A DNA stretch of 64,000 nucleotides, from the NCBI GenBank assembly GCA_014297435.1, contig JACOQA010000001.1:192001-256000 (forward strand), written 5' to 3'. Under the pieces are notes generated by a model. The model saw only the letters and a program-made list of their open reading frames with translations. It was not told the origin of the DNA and made no database searches. Numbering within the stretch: position 1 is the first letter of the stretch; the number at the start of each line of letters is the position of its first letter. This DNA comes from Candidatus Nanohaloarchaea archaeon. GTDB taxonomy: Archaea; Nanohalarchaeota; Nanosalinia; Nanosalinales; Nanosalinaceae. Below, piece after piece: positions 27,464 through 37,063 of this stretch. A program made the position numbers and the translations under genes.

Positions 27464-28393
27464 TTAACCCTCAAATAGTTCGTTGATTTCGTCCCTGTGT
27501 CTCTTGGTCTCGAATGTTCCTGTTCCGGCAGTTTTCTGAATCTCTTTCTTATTCATATCGGTCTCGTTTTCCAGTATTACCGATGATACGATTCTAGGAT
27601 CTTTGCCAGAGATTGTGAGGTTCATTAGATCTTCCTCATAATCGTCCGGAACTCTTTCTGAAAGTATCTCTGCTGTTTTTTCAGCACCTAGCCCGTCTTC
27701 GCCATACATCAGGTCTTGAATCTGTCGGTTCGGCACAAATGAAACGCCCTCCTCTTTCAGACCTTCATCATTCACGAAAAACTCTATTGCTTGAGAAGTC
27801 TTCTTAGGCTCAGAAGACGAAGCAATTTTGTCCGCAAACACTCCGGAATGTTTTTCAATAGCCTTAGCAGCCTCTTTAGGTTTATTGCTACTGTAAATTT
27901 CGTCTCTAAATTCTTCCCCGGCTATTTCTTCTGCTTCAAGGTATTTTTCTACTCTTGAAGCATTTCTAGCTACGCGGGAGTTACTTGCGTTGAAAACTTC
28001 TGCAGCTTCGTCAGGCGTGTTTTCCGTCAAAACACTGTAGATTCCTGCAGTATATGTTTTTGCTTTCCCGCCGTCTTCTTCGATATGGTTGTCGATTAAG
28101 GTATGGAATTTTTCAGGAACTAATGCCTTATATCCTTCTACAACGTCTGAATTATCTTCGCCGTAGCCTAGTGCTTCACCTGTTTCTCTTACTGTTACTG
28201 GAGTTACTCCTGCCTTATCAGCAGCCTCCTTCTGATTTAGGTCTTCTTCATAGTGTAGCACGGCACCAATAGCTCCGGAGGCTTTTCTACCTGAAGCCAC
28301 AGCATCGTATACTTCTTGCTCATAGCCTTCGGGTATGTTTTCTAACGTCTCGTCTGGTATCAACTGTCGAACCTTGTTTTCATCTAGACCCAT
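27464..28393 (-). CDS. Orphan protein with three TFB-core/HTH-like repeats
   Basis: SGRKASGAIGAVLHY...NQKEAADKAGVTPVTVR and SGKDPRIVSSVIL; start moved to ATG 28393. Confidence 0.65.
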   Translation of the reverse strand: MGLDENKVRQLIPDETLENIPEGYEQEVYDAVASGRKASGAIGAVLHYEEDLNQKEAADKAGVTPVTVRETGEALGYGEDNSDVVEGYKALVPEKFHTLIDNHIEEDGGKAKTYTAGIYSVLTENTPDEAAEVFNASNSRVARNASRVEKYLEAEEIAGEEFRDEIYSSNKPKEAAKAIEKHSGVFADKIASSSEPKKTSQAIEFFVNDEGLKEEGVSFVPNRQIQDLMYGEDGLGAEKTAEILSERVPDDYEEDLMNLTISGKDPRIVSSVILENETDMNKKEIQKTAGTGTFETKRHRDEINELFEG

Positions 28394-28464
28394 GATAATT
28401 ACTCTACCGTAACAAAAATTTATAAATTCTTTTTCAGAAGTAGAAGAGAAAAAATGAGTCAATT

Positions 28465-30066
28465 CTAGTCTTTTTTCTCAAACCTCACTGACTGGTTTTC
28501 TCCAATCTCTATCTTGTTTACTAATTCTCCGTTCTCCATAACGACTACGTTCCATACTCCTTCAGTTGTTTCTCCTGAGGTCTGGTTGCCTTCTGTTGGT
28601 GTTCCGTTCTCAACTTCTTCGTTCTGTAGGAAGTCAATGATCTGCTGATCTGTTTCAGCGTTTATGACGTCGCCGCTCTGTGCATTGACGAATGAGGTAA
28701 ATGCTATTCCGGCGGAGTCAAGCGGAACCACTCTGACCTGCCAGTAGAGCTGGTCGTTAACAACCACGGGGATTGGCTCTGAAGGTTTGAAACCGGTTTG
28801 AACGTTTTCGCTGGAGCTTGATATGTCCGCCCAGTTCACCTTCGAGTTCGCCTTCCTTACGTAGTTGGTTGCTTTGTTTGCTCCTAGAAGCGCCTCACTT
28901 CTGTTAAGCTTTAGTACGGAGTAGTCTCCGGTATCTGCATCGATCGTCCAGATCTGGAAGAGTCCCTGAGCGTTTCCGTAAGGTTCGGCTGCTACGAAAA
29001 GTTTCACGCCTTCTTGTGTCAGGATCGTGAACGGCTGATCGTTTCCTACCCCTGGAACTCCAGCAACTTCCAACTGATCTCTGTGCGTAAACCAGGCGTT
29101 GATAATACCGTTCTTGTAAGCTAAAGAACTTACCTTCTTTTTCGCTAGGTCGTAAGGATAGAGTCTCTGGTCTTGAAGCACTTCGTTCTGTCTTGCTTCT
29201 TCAGGTTCCAGAAAGTCGATGTTTCCTTCAGGGTTTACCAGTGCGACTCCAGACCAGTCAGGTGTCGTGTAGAATATTGGCGAGTCGAAGTGGAACTCGT
29301 AGTCCTTGTAAGGAACTGCGATGTAGGTCTTTCCATCGTGTTCGATGTTGATAGGATCTTCGTACTTAACCCAGTACTTCTCTTTCTTCAAACGCCACAT
29401 CACGTTGTCGGTTACTCCCATTCCAAGTCCTGCTTCCATTTCGTCCTCCGTGTAGCTGATTCTCTTGTTCTGGGTTGTCATGTCTACGAAGGTTGCTCCT
29501 TTCTGCTCCAACGCAAAGTAGTTGTAGAGTCCGTCAGGTTTTTTCGGCATCGACCAGTAAGGCGTTCCGTTATCCGAGATAGAGATATCTGCGTCGCCTA
29601 AAGTATATCTAGGTGTTTGGAGAGAGTTTGATGCGTACTCCTCTGCAACCGATTTAGGTAGGACGCGTGGTCTCTGCGGGTCGATATCCGGCAAACTCTG
29701 CAATTTGTTAGCGTTATCCTGAACTTCTCCTGCGAGTTCCTCCATCTCAAAAGCGTTTGAGAGAGGCATTCCAAATACTAGTAGAGGCACTAGTAGTACT
29801 GAGATCCCTAGAAGCCATACGTTGGCTCTTCCTGCATCGAACTGTTCTTCGGAGTCAAGTGCTTGTAGTTTTTCAGCAAGAGTCTTTCCTGCTATCGCAA
29901 CTCCGAGTACTGTTAGACCAGCTACCTGCAGCAGATACGGGTTTGAATATATGCCGATCAGCATGCCATGTAGCCATGGTCTGAAGAAGTAGGTCAGACC
30001 TCCGAGGATAATTATTGGTGTTAGCAAACCGATTATTTTTCCGGCTTCAAGCTCTTTTAGTTTCAT
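28465..30066 (-). CDS. Membrane protein with large extracytoplasmic domain
   Basis: Three N-terminal TM helices followed by a beta-rich region. Confidence 0.8.
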   Translation of the reverse strand: MKLKELEAGKIIGLLTPIIILGGLTYFFRPWLHGMLIGIYSNPYLLQVAGLTVLGVAIAGKTLAEKLQALDSEEQFDAGRANVWLLGISVLLVPLLVFGMPLSNAFEMEELAGEVQDNANKLQSLPDIDPQRPRVLPKSVAEEYASNSLQTPRYTLGDADISISDNGTPYWSMPKKPDGLYNYFALEQKGATFVDMTTQNKRISYTEDEMEAGLGMGVTDNVMWRLKKEKYWVKYEDPINIEHDGKTYIAVPYKDYEFHFDSPIFYTTPDWSGVALVNPEGNIDFLEPEEARQNEVLQDQRLYPYDLAKKKVSSLAYKNGIINAWFTHRDQLEVAGVPGVGNDQPFTILTQEGVKLFVAAEPYGNAQGLFQIWTIDADTGDYSVLKLNRSEALLGANKATNYVRKANSKVNWADISSSSENVQTGFKPSEPIPVVVNDQLYWQVRVVPLDSAGIAFTSFVNAQSGDVINAETDQQIIDFLQNEEVENGTPTEGNQTSGETTEGVWNVVVMENGELVNKIEIGENQSVRFEKKD

Positions 30067-30139
30067 ACCTAGTTATTGTAGGTAAGGATGTTTTATTCTT
30101 CCGGAAAGATTATTGAACTTATCAGTTCATTCATGAGTT

Positions 30140-30898
30140 ATGATTCTTGACAAGATACTTTTTAGCACATCAATCTACTTCCAGACAATAAGGTTTGGAG
30201 CTGCTTTTATCCTCGGAATGTTGTTCACGCGGGCGGTGCTGATGCCTGTCTCCGGACGGCTTTTCTCTAAAAGACCGGGCAAGAAAGCAGAGCACTCCGC
30301 AGAAAACATAACAGGGCTTCTAGGCATATTCGTAACTGTAGTTCTATCTTTACAGGTAGGAGGGTTCGGTAACCTTCTGACACTTGTAGGAACTATAGCA
30401 GCTGCGGCAACAGTAGCTATCGGATTCGGTATGAGAGATCAAGTTTCTAGTGTGATCGCAGGATTCTTCCTCTACACAGACAATCCGTTCCTCAGAGGCG
30501 ACTACATCAAGGTAAACGAAACAGAGGGAAGAGTGAAAGAAATTAATTTGAGGACAACAGTTCTCAACGGTCATAACTCGGAAAAACAGATAGTTCCAAA
30601 CAGCATCCTGACTACAAACAACGTCAAGAACTTTACGAAAGCCGAGAGAACCAAGCTAAGCCTTGAGTTTAAAGGAGAAGCTTCGGAAGAATTCGAGCAG
30701 AAAATCCTTGACATAATTAAAGAGGAGGAAGAGATTCTTGGAAGACCTGAACCTGAAATTGTCTATACAGGTTTAGATGATGGAAAACCTGTTATGCAGG
30801 TTCATTCCTGGGTAAAAGAATCCGCTGACTACAGAAAAATACGTTCAAACGTTTACAGAAAAATCGCCCCACTTATCGAAGATAAAGAAGAGGAGTAG
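30140..30898 (+). CDS. Small-conductance mechanosensitive channel (MscS family)
   Basis: VAIGFGMRDQVSSVIAG, PFLRGDYI, EGRVKEINLRTT, VPNS. Confidence 0.9.
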   Translation: MILDKILFSTSIYFQTIRFGAAFILGMLFTRAVLMPVSGRLFSKRPGKKAEHSAENITGLLGIFVTVVLSLQVGGFGNLLTLVGTIAAAATVAIGFGMRDQVSSVIAGFFLYTDNPFLRGDYIKVNETEGRVKEINLRTTVLNGHNSEKQIVPNSILTTNNVKNFTKAERTKLSLEFKGEASEEFEQKILDIIKEEEEILGRPEPEIVYTGLDDGKPVMQVHSWVKESADYRKIRSNVYRKIAPLIEDKEEE

Positions 30899-30929
30899 TC
30901 TTTAACCCTGTCAATGAACATGTTTAGGT

Positions 30930-31478
30930 ATGAGTCTGGAGAAAGCAAGTTTCGGAATGGGATGTTTCTGGAGTCCTGAAGCCTTATTTGGATCGACCAA
31001 AGGCGTTAAGAGGACTAAAGTAGGTTACTCGGGAGGCGAAAAGGATGATCCCGACTACCACCACTTAGGAAGACACACAGAAACCGTTCAGATAGAGTTT
31101 GATCCTGAGATAATCTCTTACGATGAACTTCTCGAGATATTCTGGGGCAACCATGATTTCGGTGAGAAAAGGAAGGATCAGTACCGTTCTGTAATATTTT
31201 TCCACTCCGAATCTCAGAGGAAGAAGGCTGAAGGATCGATGAGAGAGAATACAGAGACAGATCTGGAGCCGATGACTGTTTTCTACGATGCGGAGAACTA
31301 CCACCAAAAGTTTAGACTAAGGCATTCTCCTTTGGCAGACTTCTTTGATAGTCCTGAGGAGATCAAGAGTTCGGAACTGGCTGCTAGATTAAACGCATTT
31401 GCGGGGGGAAAACTCACCAAGAAAGAGCTGGACGAATTAATCGAGTTGCCTGCCGAGATAGCTCAGAAGCTTGACTGA
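30930..31478 (+). CDS. msrA: Peptide methionine sulfoxide reductase A
   Basis: GMGCFW, VGYSGG, HTETVQIEFDP, QYRSVIF, AENYHQK. Confidence 0.93.
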   Translation: MSLEKASFGMGCFWSPEALFGSTKGVKRTKVGYSGGEKDDPDYHHLGRHTETVQIEFDPEIISYDELLEIFWGNHDFGEKRKDQYRSVIFFHSESQRKKAEGSMRENTETDLEPMTVFYDAENYHQKFRLRHSPLADFFDSPEEIKSSELAARLNAFAGGKLTKKELDELIELPAEIAQKLD

Positions 31479-31514
31479 AAACCTATATACATAGGTTCGT
31501 CTCAATTCTAGACT

Positions 31515-32699
31515 GTGAAACGCATAGAGGTCACAATTCCCAAGAAGAATGAACAGGACGTCTTGGAAGTACTGGAGGATCGTGATCATACCGCAACGGT
31601 CATAGAGGCTGAAAAAGACGGTGAAGATATTGTCAGATGTGAATTTGTACAGGACTCGGCTGAAGTCGACGAGGTAATACAGGATCTAAAAGACATTAAG
31701 GAGATTGATTCAGGCGATCTTACGGTAGAGCTTATAGAGCAAAAGGCCTACGTTGAGAAAGGTAAAAGAAGGAAAGGCGGAAGTTCCTCTATCTCTGCGA
31801 ATGAAATGTATTCGAAGGCTTTTGATTTCTCCAGTTTTGACGTTAAGTCCTGGTCTTTGATCGGTCTGGCATCCGCAATAGCGGTTATGGGGCTTGCTGC
31901 CGAGAACTTAATCGTTGTTATAGGCGCTATGGTTATTGCTCCGATGCTAGGTCCTTTTATGTCAAGCTCTTTCGGACTTGTTATTGGGGACAGAAAGATA
32001 ATAAGACAGAGCATGGTTTACGGGGCAGGAAGTATACTGATGGCTGTAATATTTTCAGCAATAATTTCACTTCCTTTTAATATAGAAACGAATAGTTTGA
32101 TATCTTTGATAGCAGATCCGGGATTCACCACAGTCCCTCTCTCACTCTTTGTAGGAAGCGCTTCCGCGGTTGCCTTTTCAACAGAGGCAAGAGAAACTTT
32201 AGCAGGCGTAGCTGTCGCAATCGCTTTAGTGCCGCCATCAGCTGTTGCAGGAATAGCTATCTCAGCTTTAAACTTTGATTTGATGTTTCATGTATCTCTT
32301 GTAATTCTGAGCAACGTCATGGCATTAATACTTGCCGGATCTGTTACTTTCAAGCTTCTTGGAGTGTCGCCAGCAACTTACTACCGTAAAAAGGTTTCAA
32401 AGGATAAGATGAGGAAGGCAGTAGCAGTATCAGGTATTTCGCTTGTTTTGATAGGGGGGATTGTCGGCTTTCTTTCCTATCAAGATCTCCAGGAATCTAG
32501 ACAGGTCGAGACAGTTCAGAAAAATTTAGATGAGAGATTTGGTCAGAGACTTCTTTCTAGTGATGTGGAAGGTAACTCTGATTCTTTGGAGGTTACATCT
32601 GTAGTTGTTGAATCGAGTGTTAACTCGACAGAGCTAGAGGAGAGTTTGGAGTCGAATACTGGTGTAGAGGTAGACCTTAATTTCTATACTGTTTCTTAA
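31515..32699 (+). CDS. DUF389/TIGR00341 membrane protein
   Basis: VVIGAMVIAPMLGP, LAGVAVAIALVPP. Confidence 0.88.
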   Translation: MKRIEVTIPKKNEQDVLEVLEDRDHTATVIEAEKDGEDIVRCEFVQDSAEVDEVIQDLKDIKEIDSGDLTVELIEQKAYVEKGKRRKGGSSSISANEMYSKAFDFSSFDVKSWSLIGLASAIAVMGLAAENLIVVIGAMVIAPMLGPFMSSSFGLVIGDRKIIRQSMVYGAGSILMAVIFSAIISLPFNIETNSLISLIADPGFTTVPLSLFVGSASAVAFSTEARETLAGVAVAIALVPPSAVAGIAISALNFDLMFHVSLVILSNVMALILAGSVTFKLLGVSPATYYRKKVSKDKMRKAVAVSGISLVLIGGIVGFLSYQDLQESRQVETVQKNLDERFGQRLLSSDVEGNSDSLEVTSVVVESSVNSTELEESLESNTGVEVDLNFYTVS

Positions 32700-33055
32700 A
32701 TTCCGGGTATGCCTATTGCTCCGAAACTAGCGAGGTTAAAGGCTCCAAGTATGTAGAATATTATAATTACGGTAAACCATGCAATAACTGAGATTAGGAT
32801 GGCTGAGAAAAGACCTCCTTCATAACGCGCATTAATGAAACCAAGCCAGATTAGGAACGCAAGTAAAGGACCTAGTAGCGGGATCCATCCAAGGAAAAAA
32901 CCTGCAATTGACCATACTAGCCCTCCGATTAATGCTGTAAGAAGGGCATAGCTGAAGTCGTCCTCGCCAGTTACCAGTTTTGCACCGGTGTAGATGCCCA
33001 GTGTGCCTATAGCGAGACTGACGGCGAAGACGACGAGCGAATCAATCAGAGACAT
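32696..33055 (-). CDS. Four-TM hypothetical protein
   Basis: GWIPLLGPLLA, ends GIPGI. Confidence 0.8.
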   Translation of the reverse strand: MSLIDSLVVFAVSLAIGTLGIYTGAKLVTGEDDFSYALLTALIGGLVWSIAGFFLGWIPLLGPLLAFLIWLGFINARYEGGLFSAILISVIAWFTVIIIFYILGAFNLASFGAIGIPGI

Positions 33056-33101
33056 AGTAATGTTTTATTTGGTGTTTGATTAAAGGTTTTGTTGGTTTAT
33101 C

Positions 33102-33368
33102 TCACTCTGAACGCTTCTCAATCACTAGAACGGTTTCTTTAGCATGCTCTATTATCTTCAAAGGGTTGTTTTCTACATCTACAAAACTGTTCTTACGTTC
33201 ATGTATTTTTCCGTAAGTTTCTCTAGAGAGGCTTAGATGCATTAATCCGCCATTTGAACGATAAACAAGCTCGTAAAAGTAAAGCTCTGTCACTATATCT
33301 ACAACGTATCGATTATCGTACCTCTTAGATTTCTGTTTTCTGAACTCAAGTTCAAGTATGTCAGACAT
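33102..33368 (-). CDS. Hypothetical protein
   Basis: 88-aa ORF filling the gap. Confidence 0.5.
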   Translation of the reverse strand: MSDILELEFRKQKSKRYDNRYVVDIVTELYFYELVYRSNGGLMHLSLSRETYGKIHERKNSFVDVENNPLKIIEHAKETVLVIEKRSE

Positions 33369-33450
33369 CTGTCGCTGGTTGAATCATTTCGTTAACTGGT
33401 TTTGAAGCCGATAATTCTTTTTGAGGGCTGAGTCCGACTAAAGTCTTGTT

Positions 33451-34062
33451 ATGGAGAAGAAAATCCTAGTAACTATTGCCGCTATATCGATTCTTGCCGC
33501 ACCTGTAGCTGCTGACTTTCAAACCAACTATTCATCAAGTTACAGTTATTCTACATCAAGTAACGATCCGAATCAGTCATGGAGCTTCCAAATACAAAAA
33601 ATAGGTGCTTCATGTTCCAACAGCTCGAAAACATTGAGGAACGTAAAGTTCCACGAAGAAGGAGTGAGTTTTGAGGGTGCGCTCGAAGTTCCTACTCCCT
33701 GTAGAATGCTGGAAGCGGACATAGAACAAACCGGCAACAGGACTTTTGCGTTAAAAATAGATTCAGAGCCGACCAAGATGCCGTGCACGCAGTGTGTAGG
33801 ACAGATAAACTATAAACTCTCATTTAATTCTTCCCAACCTTATAAGCTGCGTCCATACCACAAAGGAAAGGTGGTGGAGACCTTTGAACATCCGGATTTT
33901 GATAATGAATCCCGTGAATTCAACCAAACATCGATAACGCCATTAAACCAAACCTCGCTCGATGATCAAACTAATGCGGTTGAAGAGATAGACGCAGATA
34001 ATACTGAGAGAAGAATGAGCGTTTTTGAAGGATTCTTGAATTGGTTCGGGGGTCTCTTCTAG
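33451..34062 (+). CDS. Secreted protein with PrcB-C-like (PTPC...CTQ) domain
   Basis: Signal peptide; VPTPCR and PCTQCV; paralog of 6497..7069. Confidence 0.7.
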   Translation: MEKKILVTIAAISILAAPVAADFQTNYSSSYSYSTSSNDPNQSWSFQIQKIGASCSNSSKTLRNVKFHEEGVSFEGALEVPTPCRMLEADIEQTGNRTFALKIDSEPTKMPCTQCVGQINYKLSFNSSQPYKLRPYHKGKVVETFEHPDFDNESREFNQTSITPLNQTSLDDQTNAVEEIDADNTERRMSVFEGFLNWFGGLF

Positions 34063-35252
34063 TTGCTTGAGACAATTTCTATAACGTCTCTATGTTCTAG
34101 TTCGTGGTCTGAGCCGATCTGACGGTTCTCTCTACAATCAATTCCATGCAGGAAACCTTCTCCAAGATCTGAGTGAATCGTGAAGGCAAAGTCCTCCGCA
34201 GTTGACTCTTCGGGGACAAGGAAGCAATCAGGAAGAATATTTCCATGTTCGTCTCCTAGACCATCAGCTCCTCCGGGGAATACTGCCATAACTCCAAGCT
34301 CATCAAACAGAGCGGTCTCAAGAGCTTTTTGGACTCCTGTTCCTCCATATTCGTCCATAAAGTTTCTTATTTTTTCTAGACCTTCATGTTTCTTCTCTGG
34401 TATATCCTCAAGAACCTCAAAGTCTTTTTCACCTGGATGGTAATCTACAATATCTTTTTCTGCCGCATTCTTCAACGCCTTTTCAGCGTGGGCTGATGAT
34501 GGAACGATCTCTAAGTGTTCGTATTCCGGATCAGTGGTGATCTCCTCGAAATTTTCTCTAGCTTTCTCCGTATCCATCTTGTTAGCAGTAATAATCATAG
34601 GCTTCGTCTCCTTCCTGATCTTCCTCGCCAACTCTTCTCTATCATTTTCATCCCATGTATCCGGATCTAGATCAAGATCGAGCGATAAAATTATCTGTTT
34701 AATCTCGTTCTTATTTGTTTTAAATGCAGACATCTGTTCTGCCAGCTCTTCCTCAAGCTTTACGTCTTGAGGTCCTTTCTTAGATTCGTAGCGTTCGATT
34801 CCTTTTTCGAGAATCTCTAAGTACCACATGTCGAGTTCTTCTTCTAGAAAATCGATGTCTTTTCTTGGATCGTGACCTTCAGTAGGTTCTCCTTCAATAT
34901 CGGTCTCTCCAGAGAAGTCCACTATATGAATAAGGACATCAGCCTCGTTAAGATCGGTAAGGAACTTGTTGCCGAGACCTTTACCCTCGTGTGCCCCGGG
35001 AATTAGTCCTGCAACGTCTACAAGCTTGACTGGAACGTAACGTGTTCCGTGGTTACAGTAACCGACTCTTGGATCACATTCCTCGTCGAAGTCTGGTGCA
35101 GCGCACTGCACGCGTACGTATGCTTCGCCGACAGAAGGATCTATAGTTGTAAAAGGGTAGTTTCCTTCATCGACTGAGTTCATGGTTGCTGCATTGAAGA
35201 ACGTTGATTTTCCGACTGAGGGCTTTCCGACAAGCCCGATTTTGTAAGGCAT
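34059..35252 (-). CDS. ychF: Obg-family ATPase/GTPase YchF
   Basis: GKPSVGKST, YPFTTIDP, DVAGLIPGAHEGKGLGNKFL, NKMD, TGS domain. Confidence 0.93.
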   Translation of the reverse strand: MPYKIGLVGKPSVGKSTFFNAATMNSVDEGNYPFTTIDPSVGEAYVRVQCAAPDFDEECDPRVGYCNHGTRYVPVKLVDVAGLIPGAHEGKGLGNKFLTDLNEADVLIHIVDFSGETDIEGEPTEGHDPRKDIDFLEEELDMWYLEILEKGIERYESKKGPQDVKLEEELAEQMSAFKTNKNEIKQIILSLDLDLDPDTWDENDREELARKIRKETKPMIITANKMDTEKARENFEEITTDPEYEHLEIVPSSAHAEKALKNAAEKDIVDYHPGEKDFEVLEDIPEKKHEGLEKIRNFMDEYGGTGVQKALETALFDELGVMAVFPGGADGLGDEHGNILPDCFLVPEESTAEDFAFTIHSDLGEGFLHGIDCRENRQIGSDHELEHRDVIEIVSSN

Positions 35253-35337
35253 ATACTCGAACTGATTTTGAAAGCTTAAAAGTCGGTTCAGAATATTATC
35301 GGTTCGCCCTTAAAGCTCGTCCCGTAACCATTTACGT

Positions 35338-35703
35338 ATGCGAAAGTTCAAACTCCCGGGGAGAGATCCTTCAAGACCCAGACTCGACGAAAAGGACATC
35401 GAGTTGATCAAGAAGCAAGGGATCGACAAGATCAAAGAGATTTCTGAGGTGATGGTGGAGGATAAACTAGTCAACGGAAAAGAGATTCCTCGTGGAGGTA
35501 ACCCGGTCTACAAGGCTATGCATGCCTGTAATGTTTCGAATCGAGGAGAGCTTGAAGGAGCGCATAGAATTAGAAAGGATAGGGAGCTGAAACAGAGCGA
35601 CATTAACTCAATTGTCAACGTTATAATGCGCTGGATCGTTAGAGAATACAACTTCTACATGGAAGAAGAGAAAGAGAAACAAAAAAGCCTTCAGGAATTC
35701 TAA
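35338..35703 (+). CDS. DUF4186-like protein with C-terminal PIP-like motif
   Basis: GKEIPRGGNPVYKAMHA...IVNVIMRWI; ends QKSLQEF. Confidence 0.7.
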   Translation: MRKFKLPGRDPSRPRLDEKDIELIKKQGIDKIKEISEVMVEDKLVNGKEIPRGGNPVYKAMHACNVSNRGELEGAHRIRKDRELKQSDINSIVNVIMRWIVREYNFYMEEEKEKQKSLQEF

Positions 35704-35746
35704 GGCTTTTCCCAACGAAAAATGATTGTGAAGAAGTCTAGAGTGA

Positions 35747-37048
35747 TTAGATGAAGTTCTCTGACTTCAGGTGCTCGATTATCTCATCTTTCCCGATCTC
35801 CTCTTCCTCACCAGATTCCATGTGCTTCACAGTCACTTGATCGTTTTCAAGATCTCTTTCTCCAACTATAAGAACACGTTTTGCATTTATGTCGTCAGCG
35901 TAACCTAGTTGGGAGCCGAACCCTCTTCCGACCAAGTCGGTCTCCACAGACAGACCTTTCTCTCTCAACTTGACCCCATAATCAAGGGCGACATCTCTTA
36001 CTGAGTCAGAGACTGAGAGAACGTAGACATCTGTCTCAACCTCTTTCAGAGGGTACCGATCCTCCTTCTTCAGCAGTTCGATAGTAGTGGAGTAACCGAA
36101 TGCGAAACCTACTGCAGGAACTTCTCTGTCTCCGAATTGACCGACAAGTTCATCGTAGCGACCCCCGCCAAATAGAGCTCTAAGTTCTCCTTCAGAGTCG
36201 AAGGCCTCGAACACAAGACCGGTGTAGTAAGCCAGACCTCTTACAATCGAAAGATCGAACCGGCACATATCTGCAACACCGTAGGCTTCAAGAGCTTCAC
36301 CAAGGCTTTCCATCCGGTTAACAGAGTCTTGAACCTCTTCCGGAGCTTTTTCTCTTAACTCATCTATCTGATCAAGTATAGGTCCGGAAATATCCGTCAG
36401 CTCGTCCACCTGCTCAGCGTCCTCTCGTGAAAGACCTCTTTCCCCAAGATCGTCTAGGAACTCCTCACGGGAAAGCTTCTCCTTGTCATCAACCACTTTC
36501 ATAGCTTCCTCGGTTTTCTCGATTCCATGTGATTCGAGAATTGACTCAAGGAGTTCCCGGTCGTTTATCAGAAACTTCACGCGGTTATCCAGATCAAGTT
36601 TCCGGTAGATAGTCGCTGCTGCCGCGATGATCTCTGCATCTGTCTCCACAGACTCAACTCCGAAGATATCGAAGTCTCCCTGCAGGAATTCTCGGTCACG
36701 ACCTCTCGTGACATCTTCATACCTCCATCTCTTGGAAGTATTGTACCACTTCACCGGAGTTTTGAGATCCTTCCTCTTCTGGATCAGCCTTGCTCTTGTC
36801 GGAGTTTGCTCCGGAACCAGCGTTATCTCGTTATCTCCTTTGTCTGTAAAGGCATACATTTCATCTGTAACTGAGTCCTCCTCTTTTTCTGTCCAGAGTT
36901 CCTGTCTCTCGATGCTTGGCGGTTCGATTTGCCTAAAACCAAACTCCTCCGCAGTCTCCTCTACTGTTTCGATCAGGTGTTTCCATGTTGCCCATTCATT
37001 AGGGTAACGATCGTAGGTACCTTTCAGACTCTCCAGATTGATTGCCAT
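35747..37048 (-). CDS. hisS: Histidine--tRNA ligase
   Basis: KGTYDRYP, LVPEQT, WRYE..RGRDREF, IVRGLAYYTG, GGGRYD. Confidence 0.96.
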   Translation of the reverse strand: MAINLESLKGTYDRYPNEWATWKHLIETVEETAEEFGFRQIEPPSIERQELWTEKEEDSVTDEMYAFTDKGDNEITLVPEQTPTRARLIQKRKDLKTPVKWYNTSKRWRYEDVTRGRDREFLQGDFDIFGVESVETDAEIIAAAATIYRKLDLDNRVKFLINDRELLESILESHGIEKTEEAMKVVDDKEKLSREEFLDDLGERGLSREDAEQVDELTDISGPILDQIDELREKAPEEVQDSVNRMESLGEALEAYGVADMCRFDLSIVRGLAYYTGLVFEAFDSEGELRALFGGGRYDELVGQFGDREVPAVGFAFGYSTTIELLKKEDRYPLKEVETDVYVLSVSDSVRDVALDYGVKLREKGLSVETDLVGRGFGSQLGYADDINAKRVLIVGERDLENDQVTVKHMESGEEEEIGKDEIIEHLKSENFI

Positions 37049-37063
37049 TTTTAACTAGTCCTC

